Of a DNA stretch of 64,000 nt, positions 63,827 through 64,000 are shown in pieces. Each line of letters starts with the position of its first letter. Positions within the stretch are counted from its first letter, which is position 1. The translations under genes and the position numbers were made by a program. This DNA is from Eledone cirrhosa. Lineage: Eukaryota. The DNA is taken from contig OZ024742.1 of assembly GCA_964016885.1 (NCBI GenBank), positions 277,326,001 through 277,390,000 on the forward strand, read 5' to 3'. A model generated the notes under the pieces. That model had not been told where the DNA came from, did not search any database, and saw only the letters and a list, made by a program, of their open reading frames with translations.

Positions 63827-63898
63827 TCCTCGGTAGTATAGTGGTAAGTATCCCCGCCTGTCACGCGGGAGACCGGGGTTCGATTCCCCGCCGGAGAG
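63827..63898 (+). tRNA. trnD: tRNA-Asp(GTC), G70A variant (unit 48)
   Basis: Same allele as unit 43. Confidence 0.87.
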
Positions 63899-64000
63899 GT
63901 ACATATACTTTTTATCTATGAAAGAACAAAATTTTAGATTTTTACACACACACTCTCTCTTAGATGTTCAACATATCTTTCCATAACGATCGGTCAATTG

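Larger units (their letters stand above)
1..64000 (+). repeat. Tandem array of ~48 units of ~1.337 kb, each with divergent tRNA-Glu(TTC)/tRNA-Asp(GTC) genes
   Basis: The same sequence and ORF set recur at 1295, 2631, 3970, 5307 ... 62792 with spacing 1335-1340 (1317 twice). Units differ only by scattered SNPs and small indels, and the array is cut by both window edges. Confidence 0.99.

Noticed and set aside
741-63898. Anticodon-switched or suppressor tRNAs among the copies
   Set aside because: All copies read TTC (Glu) or GTC (Asp); no anticodon variant was seen
1-64000. CRISPR array, integron cassette array or prokaryotic/phage origin
   Set aside because: No unique spacers, cas genes or integrase; the units are near-identical kilobase repeats, and the tRNAs are animal-type with Pol III T-run terminators

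Overview
The whole 64-kb window is one head-to-tail tandem array of about 48 copies of a ~1,336-1,340 bp unit (two copies are 1,317 bp), and it continues past both ends. Each unit carries a divergent pair of eukaryotic, animal-type Pol III tRNA genes: tRNA-Glu(TTC) on the - strand and tRNA-Asp(GTC) on the + strand. The two are separated by a 181-bp AT-rich spacer, lack an encoded CCA and end in T-run terminators. Each unit also has a ~460-bp GC/CpG-rich block whose - strand reads like a decayed chromodomain (inference). Variants shared between units define nested higher-order repeats of 2, 3, 4, 5 and 6 units. About 30 of 48 tRNA-Glu copies carry stem-breaking alleles, whereas 37 of 48 tRNA-Asp copies are consensus (counts by eye). 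No credible intact protein-coding gene was found; the ORF track mostly reflects the repeat.
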